In this document: piece after piece, positions 1 to 12,594 of the stretch
Numbering within the stretch: the stretch's first letter is position 1
How the letters are laid out: every line of letters begins with the position of its first letter
Assembly: GCA_907165135.1 (NCBI GenBank)
Contig: OU015569.1
Location: forward strand, 12,772,001 to 12,836,000
Reading direction: 5' to 3'
DNA from: Oikopleura dioica
Lineage: Eukaryota; Animalia; Chordata
Length of the DNA: 64,000 bases
The notes under the pieces: generated by a model
Seen by the model: only the letters and a program-made list of their open reading frames with translations
What the model was told of the DNA's origin: nothing
The model's database searches: none
Made by a program: the position numbers and the translations under genes

Positions 1-1427
1 AATTACGTCAACTGGCGAGGCATTATCGAGCACTGATTTAGTGCTGCATCTTCTCGAAAAAAGGGAGCCAAATGAAAGGGAGAATCAACTACACGCAGTT
101 TTGCCACTTGTACGCGATTGTCAAAAGCCGCGTCGTCGGTGTCTGCGGACTCGTTTACAACAACAAAGAAACAGAAGAAATAAAGTGGATCGAGTGGGGC
201 AGTCCTTACGATGACGCAATTTTATGCCCCGTTTTCGACTTGCTCAATAATTCCTGCGATTCCAACGCTTCCTACTCGTTTGATCCCTCCTCGAAGAGCA
301 TGCTTGTCGAAATGGAAGAAGACATTAAAGGTTAGGCTAACAATTATCTGCTTTATGAGTTTGGCTCGCCAACCTGTGTAGAAATCCTGAGTAAGGGTCT
401 ATAAGATCTCTCGTGAAAAGCCACTTAGCTAGAATTCGAAAATTGAATGGAAAAGAAATTTTTGGAAGCCGCTTTCCGAGCTTTGATAAGAGTTCTTTCA
501 GACCCTGACTCAGGTTTTCTACACAGGTCGCCGAGCCCAGTTTACAAGTGTCTTCCCCCTCTAAAGCAAAACTAATGCTCGTTTAGCTGGCTCCCAAGTT
601 TTCATCTGCTACGGGCCAAAATGCGACGATGTCCTTTTCAACAACTACGGCTTCGTCTTCAAAAGCGGCGAAAATCAAGAGAACTCGATCCGCGTCTTTC
701 CAGAAGAAGTGATTTCCGAGTTGAGGCAACAAGGAAAACAGACATGCGCGCAAATTGACGAAAAGTACCAAAGCCTGCTTCGCCAAATCGAAGATGATGC
801 GACTTTTCATCTCGCTTTCGATCAGATGAAGCTGAGGAGAGGCAATGTAGACTGGAACTTGTGGTACTTTGTGGTCTGGATGACTGGCGGCAGCGTTGAA
901 GGTATTTTTGTTTGGAAACGAGACGCAACAGATCAACAGGTCGCGAAAACATACGTTCCCCGAACATAAGCAATTTACCCAGTTTCTTTTGACAAGCAGA
1001 ATTACAGAAAAAATAATTTTCTACATTCGTAAAATCTTCAACTAGAATCGCTTCTTTCAAAATATAAACAATCAAATTAAAGTATCCAGCAAAAAATGAA
1101 TAGTCAATTTCATTTAAATTTCAAGAGCTGTCTTCCATCCGTTCCACGCTCAACTTTTCAAGTAGCAGCGAGGCAAAACAGCGAGTCAATGCCCTGGACG
1201 TGATTCTAGCGATTCTGCGTAAACGACTAAATCAGCTGGCGGAAACGGCGAATGCGCAAGCAAAACTGACGCTTGAAATTCCAGATTGGTACTTGAAAAC
1301 GCTCAAGACTCTTAGGAGTTCGCACAATCAGCTGATGACCTACTGGTTCGTTTTTTTCCTTCACTCTATGTGTAAAAAGAACTGTTTGTTGCAGGTACGA
1401 CGAGTTGGTCGAAGAGCGCAAAAATAA
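1..1427 (+). CDS. SET-domain protein, Rubisco-LSMT/SETD3-SETD4-like; 5'-truncated, multi-exon
   Basis: Splicing 331..586 (AAAG|gttagg...tttag|CT) gives CPVFDLLNNSCDSNASYSF...DIKAGSQVFICYGPKCDDVLFNNYGF, matching the PxxDxxNH...GeqvfisYG...LLxxYGF signature. Last exon ends ...YWYDELVEERKK*. Confidence 0.8.
360..540. mobile_element. hAT-type MITE (host family), intronic copy
   Basis: Inverted ~45-bp arms similar to CTGGGCTCGGCAACCTGTGTAGAAAACCTGAGTCAGGGTCT; degenerate 8-bp flanks tttatgag/tttacaag. Confidence 0.75.
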
Positions 1428-1628
1428 AAGAAACCATTGCGAGGGAGAATCCGATCCAGGACAAACAGGCCAGGCTCTTTACCAAAAGATATCACTGTAA
1501 TAGAAAATTAAACATGGAGCCAACCACAGTCACTAGAATCGCGGCTCTTTCTCGAGTCAAAACGCCGTCGAGCCGAAAGCCGCCGCTCCGTATCCCGCTA
1601 CATGGGGAGCTATTCGGATCCTCCTGCT

Positions 1629-1838
1629 CTGGGCTCGGCAATCTGTATAAAAACCTGAGCCAGTCTCTTAAACTTTTAAAGTGAAAAGCCGTGTAGCGGC
1701 TCTTTTAGAAACGAAGCCGCAAAGAGGCTAATTATGATTGAAAAGATTATTTTCGTTTTCAAAAAGTTGCTACGCGGCTTCTCATTAGAAATCTTTCAGA
1801 CCCTGACTCAGGTTTTCTACACAAGTTGCCGAGCCCAG
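1629..1838. mobile_element. hAT-type MITE (same family) with perfect 8-bp TSD
   Basis: TIRs ctgggctcggcaa...ttgccgagcccag flanked by CTCCTGCT at 1621..1628 and 1839..1846. Confidence 0.85.
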
Positions 1839-2478
1839 CTCCTGCTTACCGCTATTTGAAGTGGCTTTCTTGAAACGATCATTTTTTTCTTCTTTCCTGT
1901 CAAGTTTTCATTTTTATCACTTTTCAGCAAAAAGTTCAAGCAATAAATTTCCGTTCAGAAATCATGACTTTTTGATGACTTTCATTTGATTAAGGCAATT
2001 TTAGCGCGGTTTGTTTTTATTTAGTCGATGGTTTTAGGTGTCGCTGGTTATTTTAAAGTTGCGATGGGAAGGATGGCGGACGTGTTAAAAGGGTTTATCG
2101 TGGTATTATGTAAGTAGCGAATTTTTAAAAGGAAAATTAGAAGGCGCGGCGCTGGGTGGTGGTGCATTTGGCGAAATAATTTAAAAGAGCTCTTAGGAAG
2201 CTCTTCCGAACACGCGCCACTCCCTGGCTCCTGATAACAAGGAACTCTTTATCGCGCGCCAGTCATAACTGCGATCCCTATCTCTCGACCACGTCACTAG
2301 AATCTACAAAAGACACCAATTACCTCACTAAATAGCCTTTAACTCTCGCCCTTGCTTTCAAACGAAATTCTTCGTTTCAGTTTTTAACACTTTCACTTTG
2401 ATAGTAATTTACTATCAAATTTAGTACGCAATAATTTACTACGCTTTAAGCGTTTTAACTTTAAAGTCGGACAGCTCG

Positions 2479-2632
2479 GAGAGCTTGGCAACTTGCGTAG
2501 AAAACCTGAGTCAGGGTGTAAAGAATCTATTTTTAATAAAAATATATTTAAAAAGTCGCTACATTTTAGCTCTTTAGCTCATTTTAGCTCCTCAGAATCT
2601 GACTCAGGTTTCCTACACAGGTTGCCTCAGAC
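2479..2632. mobile_element. hAT-type MITE (same family), diverged copy
   Basis: Inverted arms gcttggcaacttgcgtagaaaacctgagtcaggg / ctgactcaggtttcctacacaggttgcc; boundaries approximate. Confidence 0.7.
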
Positions 2633-3206
2633 ACTCAAAACAGTAATACATGTATCCAAAAAAGGCAAGAACAAGTAGGTGGATTGCACGATTTTTTATC
2701 GCGACCTTGCTAATTGCACCGAGAAAGGGATTAAAGTAATCTTTTTAGAACAGTCACTTTTGGATGCTTAATTTCGGCCACGTAACAAGCCCAATTTTAA
2801 AAGAAAGCGACTTCCGCAGCGCCAAATAAAAACTAAAAAAGAGAAGTTAAAAAGTAGCAAACTCAAACTATGCGTAGATGCGGTTTCCACTGTCCGGAAG
2901 CGTTTTTAAATTTTAAATATTTAAATCGTGTTTTTCTCAAAACATGTTGTTATTCCTCTTTTTAAAAACGCAAAGGTCGAAACTCACTGCTTGGTCAGCT
3001 TTTTCATTTCGATTTTTTATCCTCTTTGGACGTTTTTCGTCGTGATTCGAGTTTTTCCAAATGATTTGGCGGTTTATGCTTACGCCTTTTACAGGAATCG
3101 GATGACACGCTGATTTAACCAGAATTTGGAGTACAGGAGAATAAATTCAAGACTCTTCCGTTCACAAAATGTGTAATTGGAGCACCCTTCTTCATTCACT
3201 TCTTAC

Positions 3207-3385
3207 CTGGGCTTGGCAGCCTGCCTGGAAAGCCTGAGTCAGGGTCTGAAAGATCTTTAGTGAAAAGCCGCGATAAACGGCTTCGCATATTTTACCTATC
3301 TAATCTATTTTTAATTTTACGCGGCTTTTCATTAAATATCTTCTAGACTCTGACTTAGGCTTACTACACAGCTTAACGAGCCTGG
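3207..3385. mobile_element. hAT-type MITE (same family), diverged copy
   Basis: ctgggcttggcagcc...cctgagtcagggtctgaaaga paired with ctagactctgacttaggc...cgagcctgg. Confidence 0.65.
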
Positions 3386-3457
3386 AGTGACCTAGATTTT
3401 ACATAAAGTAAAATTCTTCTTTATCAAAATAGATTTAATCAAATAGTTGAAAGATTC

Positions 3458-3886
3458 GGGGATCTACCTCTCGTGGTCATTTCGTCAAAATTGCCTCTCG
3501 TGGTAAGTTGCCTCTCGTGGCCATTTGCCTCTCGTGGTCATCACGTATCGGCTTACGAACCTTAGGGTATCCAAACTTTTCTCGAAGGGCAGATTTTTAC
3601 AAGCCTAATATTCTTAGATTTCAAATTATTTTCGAGTAGTATATTCGCGGAATGTAAAGATAAGATAATTTTTTGAAAACCTTACTCATCTCTATAAGAA
3701 AAACTTCGAAAAGAGTTTAACTTTCGATCAATTTGAAAATTTTAATTGCATTCTCATTTAGAAAAAAATTTGGTTGGCTTGTGCCAAGAAAGAGCATGCG
3801 TTTATAAAAAATAAATTGCATTTTATCCAAATTATAAATAGGCCTTTCTAAGTATTTTAGAAAGAATCTTTCACACCCAACTTATC
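3458..3886. mobile_element. MULE-like MITE, left part (split by the Polinton)
   Basis: ~100-bp TIR starting GGGG and built of TGCCTCTCGTGG subrepeats, inverted relative to 46250..46351. 9-bp TSD GAAAGATTC at 3449..3457 and 46352..46360. Confidence 0.85.
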
Positions 3887-4604
3887 AGTAGTATATAGGG
3901 TGGCTGTATGTTTCGAAAGGTAAGTGCTCTGTGATTGCTCTATTTCACTGTGCGCGCAATTCAAATTTGGTCCAATCCTCAACCATTAGGGCGGCCGTGT
4001 ACCAGTCGATTACTTCCTCTCTCTCCTCCTCCAGGTAAACAATGCCCACCAAGATGTAAACAACTACTCCAGTCTAAACAAACATCTTTCCTTCAGTGAT
4101 TAGGGCGGCGTGCCATTTCCGCAATTCTTCTAGAGCCAATAACATTTCCTCTCTCCGCCCACAGGTAAACAATCTCCACCAATCAACTTCCGCTCTCATT
4201 CAAGAGTTATTCTAGCGCTCATTTCCTCAGATGAGTAAACAGTGGTCACATTTATCATAACAACTATAATAACAGGTATGACGACATCCCCCACTTCGAA
4301 CAGCAATGACCGTGATCGACCTCAGAAGACTGCCCAAACAATAACTGACCGTGGCAAGAATAAACAATCACTGAAGAATAAACAAGGTAATCAAACCAAA
4401 GGACAAAACAAATTCTCACACACCTTTTCAGATCAACTCAGTCTACTCCTGCAGACAACAATGACTGTATATAATATCTACTGTATATATCCTGCAAATA
4501 ATCAACAAACAATCAAAATCAATTTCAATTACATTTATTCCTCAATGCACTGGGAAAAAACGTATTTCAGCTCAGAATATGTAAAGGGTCGCAGGTTTCG
4601 CACT
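3887..4604 (+). repeat. Left terminal inverted repeat (718 bp)
   Basis: Reverse complement of 45509..46226. The match ends at ...GCAGGTTTCGCACT on both sides, and both copies give identical ORF translations. Confidence 0.97.
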
Positions 4605-4612
4605 GTCAATCA

Positions 4613-5000
4613 TCAAAAGCATCTGTTCAGGAAATCATCAAACATTTCGTCAAATGCAGCGTCCTTTAGAATCTCGTCGACGAGTTTGTAGACTTCTCTT
4701 CGTCTTTGCTTAAAGTCAGATGGTTTCTTTGAAAATTTGTTGACCTCACGCAGGCTAGTCGATGTGTCTTCTCGCGGGATGCCCATTCTATTTCCTCGAT
4801 TCGTCTTGACCTAAGTTTATCTCATAGTACTTACTCTTGTATTTATCAGAATATCTCTCGTAACTAAAAGCTCAAATACCTCTCAAGTTTAAATTCTCTC
4901 TGGTTTGAAGGTCTAAGTGATTGTCTCGGTCAAGTTGTTTCCTGTTTCTCCGTTTGATCCAAACAACCGCATCTAGCATATTCTACGCCTCAACTCATCT
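4613..5000 (-). CDS. Putative spliced terminal ORFan reading outward into the left TIR
   Basis: Last exon open for ~65 codons (VKTNRGNRMG...DAAFDEMFDDFLNRCF*), with the stop 9 nt from the TIR edge. Upstream exon structure and start are uncertain. Confidence 0.35.
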
Positions 5001-6960
5001 ACCAAAGGTCAAAACAATAATTTTGGGTTGCAGATTTGTCTTTTGCATTCATAATTATTAATAAATAGATGCTTTCTGTCTGACCAAAGTGTATAACAAA
5101 GTGTATTCCTGCAATTTTTTGACGCTCAGATGGTCTCTTCCATGATTTTTTTATTGATAGTCATTTCTGCACATTTTAAGAGGATTACTTTTTAGAAAGG
5201 AGCGACGAGTTGTTGCTTCATTTTATAATATTTTATTTTCAACAGTAACATAATAATATTTTTATTGTCGAATTTGGTATATCAAAATACGCTTCATTTT
5301 ATCACATTAAATTATTTTGCATTCTTTCATCGATCTGTAGCTTCATTTTATCATCCCACTAAGTTAGCGAAATTTCATCGATTTGTTGCTTCATTTCATC
5401 TCTTTTTTTTTGGTTTTTTAAAATTTTATGTTTTTTTTGGATTTTTGTTTTATGTGTGGCTGTTGCTCAGTGCGCGCTGCTTTTTGTAGCGCTTGTTCGC
5501 GTCATATCTGCGATAATCCGACTCGAATTCGAAAATTCAACGTCGGTCTTTCCGCTTCAACTTGGGGATTGCGTCATGCCCGCTCTTGATTTCGTCGATT
5601 GTACAATTATCAACAATCGGTGCTATAGTTCCATTCTTTCTTAAGAATGGTGGCTATTTCATCGAAATTGAAATTTGTAGATTAGCGATGATCTTTATCA
5701 GGGCCACAATATCTGTCAATTCTATTATAAACAGGTATGTTGACCGTTGAAATTTTCATCTAATATTTTATATCTCAATTTCATGTAGATTTAAAATTTG
5801 AAATACCACTTGCTGCTTTTCTGTTTATTCTTTATTGATGAACAGAAATACTCAGACAGTGTTATTGCAAAACAAGTGACAATAAATGAATCTCTGTGAA
5901 ATTATGAATTCGTTGTGACTTTCATAAATAGGTCGAGCTTGGTGGCGCTCGCTCACCAGCAACATCGACGACATCTCTTTTGCGCCGTTTCTTTGCGGAA
6001 TAAAATCTGATGTTCTGTGCTAATTTCCTCATTCAGATTTGTCAAATTACAAATTTTTTCAGTTTCTCTAGTGTCGTCTATGAGAGATGCGCTCTTCACT
6101 CTTTTCGATGTCGGATGCCGCCTGTACTTTGCTCTTATTGTGGTAAGTTTGATAGCAGTTTGTCCAAGAGAATTAACCTGTTCTTTAGATTGCGATCCTT
6201 GGAGAATTAGTAACCGAGATGATTTTCCCTGGATTGGCTGAACGGATGCTGACAAACGAAAGTTTCTCGACTGGTCGACCGATTGATAATTTGAATGCTT
6301 TGCTGGGTTGAATGGAAGACGAACTGAGTGAAAGCACAATCTGAACCTTCTAAGTAATATCGCCTCCTCCCCTTTAGGATGTCACAAATTAATCATCTTT
6401 TTATCGCCATCAAATTTTTTTATCTCCGTGCTCGGTTGTTTACTTTTTTTTTCTGACTTGCGTGTAGTTGAAAATTGTTATTTTCATGTTTTATCTCCGG
6501 TCTCTTGTAAATATTATCTTTTTTTTCTAGCTAGAGCACTGTCAACCAGCGGCACTGTAGGTTTTTTAAAATAATTTTGTTTTGGTCTGCGGTCATTCTA
6601 GTTGTACTTTATTCGTGTTAGATTAGGATGTTAGAAAAAAGTTCATCGAAAAACCTTGTTCCTGTTCTGTGAAGTTCAAGCATCTGGGTGCACCACAGTT
6701 TCTATTAAATTTCATTCTGTTCACAAAACTACATGAAACTGTCACACTTACACCTTAATAAAAAAGGACCCACATAATTTCTAGAGTTTGTGTTGTTTCT
6801 TAGCATGAAAAAGAAAATAAGTTTAATTTGAGTAAAAAAGTCTCTAGAATTCTGAGAAGCCCAGGACTATATAAACAAGCGCGCACTGCTCAGAAGTCAG
6901 TTTTACAAATTGGTAAAACAAAAAAACAGTGTCCGCTGCAGATTGCGCGATTTTTTGAAG

Positions 6961-7893
6961 ATGGTCCGAACCGCTACCCGACGAAACCAGAAACGTGCCG
7001 CCAAGGCAGCCAAGGCAACTCCGACTTCCTCGAACTCGGCGCCAGCTAACGTTGTGAAACGAGAACCTCGTCGATGGGCTGCACGATCACCACCTCTTCG
7101 ATCGGCTCGACCGCTCTCAAACGACGAATGGCCAGAACTACCACGATCTTCTTCTTCTGATGAAGCGCCTCCAGCTTCGCCAATCGGTTCGCCACCACGT
7201 GCGCCCGCTACGCCCCGACAAAGTACTCCGAAGAAATCCGACCACCCGCAGAAACTTCGAACTGGTATTCGAATGTTTCAGTTTGACGACATTGGACAAG
7301 AAACTCGTCAAGCGCCTCCTCTTCCCGATCGACCCCCTGTCGGCACTCCCGACGATATTTCTCTTGCTGAAACAACGTCTCTTGATAGGCGTCAAGATGC
7401 GGAAGAAACCGTCCTTCTCAATGACGGGGACGAAACAAAACTTGAAGCCTTCACTTCAGGATTTTTGTTGAAGAGTGACATCGCGGAATTTTCCTCGTTG
7501 TCTCGCTACAACGACGATGTTGTGAAATCTGATTGGTTCTTTCGACCTATTAAGAACCGATCAGCTGTGGATGGCAACTGGAATTTCCCTGCCGACTGTA
7601 AGTCTTTCAACGATGATGTTTAGTAATTGTATTTAGATAATCCAAAGGGAAGTCCATTCGCGAAGGCACTTGGGTACCTGAAACACTTTTACGCTAATAA
7701 AACGGCAAGTTTGGATACTCTCGAGGAGGAAATAAATAGCTGTCAACTTGGTGTGACCCTGGAAACACCGCGTCTCCTAGCCCCGCTGCGAAACATCGAA
7801 CTAGCTGCAGAGGATTCTGAAAGGCAACCCAACATCAATGACACCATCATTGACTGTTTTTATCAAACTGCAGATCGTTCTTTCTTCAATTAA
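6961..7893 (+). CDS. Polinton accessory ORFan (~297 aa), basic/Pro-rich N-terminus
   Basis: ATG 6961; a 39-nt GT-AG intron at 7598..7636 joins the two track ORFs in frame (894 coding nt). Confidence 0.7.
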
Positions 7894-8387
7894 AACTGTT
7901 TGAAATAAAAATCTGTAATTCTTACTTCTATCTAAAAATTCGTAAATTATATTTTTGATTTACGTTTTATCTTGTTTTTTTTGTTTTGACCTTTGCAGGA
8001 AATGTCAATTCTAGAAATTAGGTCATTTATTCTTATTCGCGCATGGATTTGTTTGTTTTGATCTTTGCAGGAGCTCTCACTTCTAGAAAAGTAGGTCTTT
8101 CCCTTTTTTTCGCAATTGGAAAATGATTGCGTCATTTCGCGTTTCGAGATTTCTTTTTCGCCGGCTGGCATCTTTCGAGATTTTGGTTATTTCGTTAACC
8201 TAGTTTCTTACTCTTAGAGATAAAACTTATTCCCAGAGAATATTGCGAAGAGATAATCAGTTCGAGGCGGCGCTATGCTTTATTTCTTATCACACTTTCC
8301 CATAGTTTTCTTCTGTTTAAATTGATACCCTGAAAAGGGGATTGACGCTTTCTTCTGTAGAAATTGACCGGTGATTTTATAGGGGCA

Positions 8388-9921
8388 ATGTATGTTCAGC
8401 GCGGGGAAGGCGGCGCTCCGCAGCCACAGTATTCTGCAAGTTCTCGTTCGCTTGATGGTGGCAATGCTCTTGAAGATCGCATCTCCGTCGCCTCTTCTGT
8501 CCAAGGCCAATTTGCGGTTCCGACTGTTCCTCAACAGACGAGCCGTCAAGAGTGGAATTCTCGTCAATCGACTGGCGAAAGGTTATATTCTCTGTGTGTT
8601 TAAATTTTGAGTTTTTTTAGAGAATTGTTTCCGGAAACCACCCCGATGCCTCAGAATCAACAAACTTCTGCGCCTTCCACCACGGTCCCTCCAACCGGCG
8701 GTCATACTTCGACTACTACGTCTTTCGCGGCTGGAGCTGGAGTTGGTGGTGGAACTGGCACTTCAACCGCCTTCCCTGCTGCGCCCACTAACATCGGGGT
8801 CCACATGAACGATGTTTCTCGAACTCGGGTCGAGAATGAACACCAGCCGCTGCTTGTTGGTCGGGGTGTCGGCAATCCAAGCGTTGCGACCCGATCTCCA
8901 ACGGTAAATTTTCAATATTTCTTATTTTTATTTAATTATGATTAGTTCTGCTTTGCGACAAAAGCGTTCTGGACAAACTGCGCGGTGTTTGCGGCGGGTG
9001 CTTTGATTGCGCTAAGCGCATACATATTGTACTCCACGTACAATAATTGCGTGCCCTCCGCCCTAGTTAACCGCCGCGATGACCTTTCTATCGAGTCCAC
9101 TACTCGTGACGGTCAAGTCCAGACCGACGACCTCGATGCAATCCCCAGCGTGAGCCGAGTCGCCGATGAGGAGGAATCCCAAGAGCATGACGAGTACCGA
9201 CTTCGAACTGGCTCGGCTCATCGTGCCCGACGTGGCACCCGCACCCTCTTTTTCCACCGTAAGTTATGAATTGCTGCAAAAAGAAAGCTAAAATTTATAT
9301 AGCTGGTCCATATGGCCGTGTTGACGATTCTGGAGTCGTCATGCAAAACGACTATGATGTGGACACCAGCAGCTTCTCAGCGAGTTCCAAATGGTACTCC
9401 GGTGATTTGGATGCAATCTCCAGTATTACCGACAGTAAGTCTAAAAGTGGTGTTTCATGAATTAATCTTTTTATTAGTAATCAACCGCCGCAGAGCTGCT
9501 GTCACTCAGCTCTTTGAAGATGACGAAAATTCTTCGTCGGAGGAAGACAGCGTTTACTTCATTGCTGGGCTCTTTTCCGAGCCTGAATTAGAGGGCAGCG
9601 GCAGTGAGGCAAGTGTTGATCTTACTTCAACTGCTCTCTCCGACGACGATCCCGCGATCGAGGCAGTGCCTGTAGTTTACGTCGCCGAGACTGATGGAAG
9701 CGGATCTGGCGACTTTTCTCTTCCTGCTGCAGGTAATTTAGATTCAAATTCATTACTTTATGTTTATGTAAGGTGCTGATATGGAGGTCTCTGCTGTCGC
9801 CGATAACTACGTCGATGCGGAGATTTCTTCCAACGACACTGCCGATGCTATTCCAACTGACTTCAACATCACAGCTGGTTCCAACTCTTCTGAAGCGATG
9901 GAACTAGCTGAGCTCAACTAA
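8388..9921 (+). CDS. Putative type II membrane glycoprotein, multi-exon ORFan
   Basis: Five consecutive GT-AG micro-introns keep frame. Single hydrophobic stretch FWTNCAVFAAGALIALSAYILYSTY, then an acidic Ser/Asp-rich region with N-x-S/T sequons and basic RARR/RRRA sites. Confidence 0.7.
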
Positions 9922-10307
9922 TCCTGTCCAATTAGTTCAAATCTCACCCTAAATTACTCTTTTGTCTACCTAATTGTGCTTCATTCCCCAAAGTTTAATA
10001 TGATTAACACAAACTTTTTGCGCCTTTTTTAACACTCGTTCTCTCGTAAAAGTAATCTTTATTATTGAAACTTTTTAATGAATCTTTAACTGAAATTATC
10101 AACCTCTTTTGATCTACTCTCACCTCCTGCTATTTCCTCTCCCGTTGTTCCATCTTTCTCGCCAATTTCCAATTTTCCACGGTCGCTCTTATCAACACTA
10201 TCATTGCCGTAATTTCTCTCTCCTGACATAATCCGGCCCATCAAATGTCAAATATGAAGCCACTTTTACCAATTAAATATCACGCTTAATTATTTAGATA
10301 TAAAAGT

Positions 10308-10769
10308 ATGCGAAAGCTTCGAAGAACCGTCTCTCTTGGCGCTCTCACAATTTCGTCTGATTCTAACGATAGTTCCTGCACAAAAACCTTGCCAACTTTG
10401 GATGAATTTTCGTTCTACAGACAACCAACACAAAAGCGTCAGTTTCGTCTTCGCATGGTAATGTCCCTTCGAGAAAACTCATTCTAATTAAAATTTAGAT
10501 CAGAACGACTGATGCTGACAACAAAGAGTTTCAAAAGAGCGCCAGCTTTCTTAATTGGTTTGAAAGATCTGCCGATAAATATTTTCCGACTGCTGATGAG
10601 GTAAATTTATCTTTTATTCAATAAGTAATACTATTTTTAGCATTTAAACACAAATCTTCGACTCGCAATGTACCTCTCCGATTCAGAATTCTACGAATGG
10701 CGAATCCTTTCCTGGATATCATTTCAAAGGGTTTATACGCTCCCCAATATTTTTAATAACCTGCCCTAG
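10308..10769 (+). CDS. Small 3-exon ORFan (~126 aa), absent from the ORF track
   Basis: MRKLRRTVSLG...FRLRM|IRTTD...PTADE|HLNTN...NNLP*, with two phase-0 micro-introns (first 10458..10498). Confidence 0.6.
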
Positions 10770-10939
10770 CTTTAAATTGTGCTGCTTGCCTGCTTACTAA
10801 CTTATCTTATCGCCTTTTATTCGTGCTATGCTTTGCTTTTGTAAATAGGATTTCAATTTTCAATCGAAATAACCTTACAGACATTGAATCGGATTTCTGA
10901 CGTTTGGCGCTAATAAGCTGACGACTCTGGAGCGACACC

Positions 10940-12444
10940 ATGGGCCGTACGAAAGGCAAGGAAAGCTTCAAAAGCCGACTTCTGCATGAAGTCGCCTCTC
11001 GTGCTAAAATCGGGTATTGAATCAATGAATCCCACGATTCTTATAAGTTTATTTAGCGAAAAGGTTACCCGTAAAGTAACCAAGTCGATTGCCTCGGTCA
11101 TGGTTCCAAAACAATCAGCCGAGCCAGAAGGTCAAAAAAGTCCAATCCCGAAAGCGATGGCACCGCGTTCGCTTCTGGACGTCGCTGCTAGCGAGATCGT
11201 CCAGCGTGCTATCCCTTCTTTCATCCCCCACTCCCCAAAAAACGGTAGCTCAAACATTACTTTCTATGTGCTTATTGTTTTAAGGTCGGGTCAAGAAGAG
11301 AAAGCGCGCTGTTAGTTCAGACGAGGAAGCAGCCGAAGAGAACGAGCAACCGGCGAAGCGTTCTAAAGGTCTTTTTGAAAAGGCCAAGCAGTGCGCCAAA
11401 GATGCCAAGCGTCGAACTATCAACTCCATCAAGGGTAAGTCCATTTGCTTGTTTCGATCGTTAATTTGTAAAATAGAGACTGTGAACGCTGCACCGGCAC
11501 TTCAAGCTTCGTTGTTGATGGGAACTTATACAGCGAGTCTCTGCGTGACACCAACAGGCAAGACCCCAAAGTTCCTCGACTCTTCGGTGGTTGATTCTGA
11601 TCGCCCAATCGTCGTACCTGAGAAAGGGATTTTCATCCCTTATTCCTGCTTCAAAGGGGTTTTGCCAGCGTTAGAGGCTCCTCCAGAAATGCTCGCGATT
11701 GAGGAATCTCAGATGCCAGTTCCACCGCGACCGATTTCTTATCTCCGCAATAACGAGGCTCAGCAAAGTCAGCTCGCGCATCCCGTTGTTGCTCAAGATC
11801 GTGGCATCGATTTCGCTCAAGGAATGATGACTCCGGGCAAGCCATCTCAGGCGCCATTTGGTATGTTTTGAACTTTGGTCGCAACTTTTAAACTCTTTTT
11901 AGTTCCTTTCAACAGTGGAACTTCGCCCTCCGCGTTCGAGCCCCGCGTTGACGACCTCACCTCTGAGAAGCGAGTTAACATCACCGTCGTTTCCAACTCT
12001 CCTCCTCTTGGCGAGACAGAGAACTCGTTGGCAGCGCGCGAACCTTCGCCTCCATTCGCCGCGGAGATTACTTCCCCTAAAACTGTCAAGAAGAAGAATC
12101 TCTTGTTGGCCTCTCGACGATTGGTGTTTGACTCGCCATCTCCCTCCCCTCGAGAAGATCCTGACCTGAATGTCACTCTCCGTCCTCAGGTCGACCTTGA
12201 TGCAACTCTCTGCCCTCAGCCTAACTCGCTGACCTTTGCAATGCCCGCGTCTGGAACTAAACTTGTTCCTGTCGACGATGGTCTTGTTGCTGGTCCACCT
12301 GATGCGGTCACACCTGCGACTCACCGCGTTGTCAATGCTCAACTTCTTCGTGAGCGACGACGATCTTCTCCACTCGTCGTTCCTGCCTGGCAGAACTGCA
12401 TTGACGAGTTGTCCAAGCGAGGACCTCATTCTGCGGACAATTGA
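10940..12444 (+). CDS. Multi-exon ORFan, Pro/Ser-rich, NLS-like motifs
   Basis: MGRTKGKESFK start; in-frame GT-AG joins link the track ORFs; VKKRKR and PAKRSK basic clusters. Confidence 0.65.
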
Positions 12445-12594
12445 AAAAATACTGTCGAACTTTACTGCTTTTACTTGCCTGTAAAAACACGATCGTTCTC
12501 ATATAATCTCTGTTAACTTTTTATTTGTCTTATTTTGCATGCATTTGATTGCTAACACAAGAACCAATTTGTAGATTGAAAGTTTGGTGGTTTA

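Noticed and set aside
4242-4691. 149-aa ORF and its 177-aa mirror at 45338..45871 as duplicated genes
   Set aside because: They are identical only because they lie in the TIRs. They start at GTG, diverge exactly at the TIR edge and have no protein-like features.
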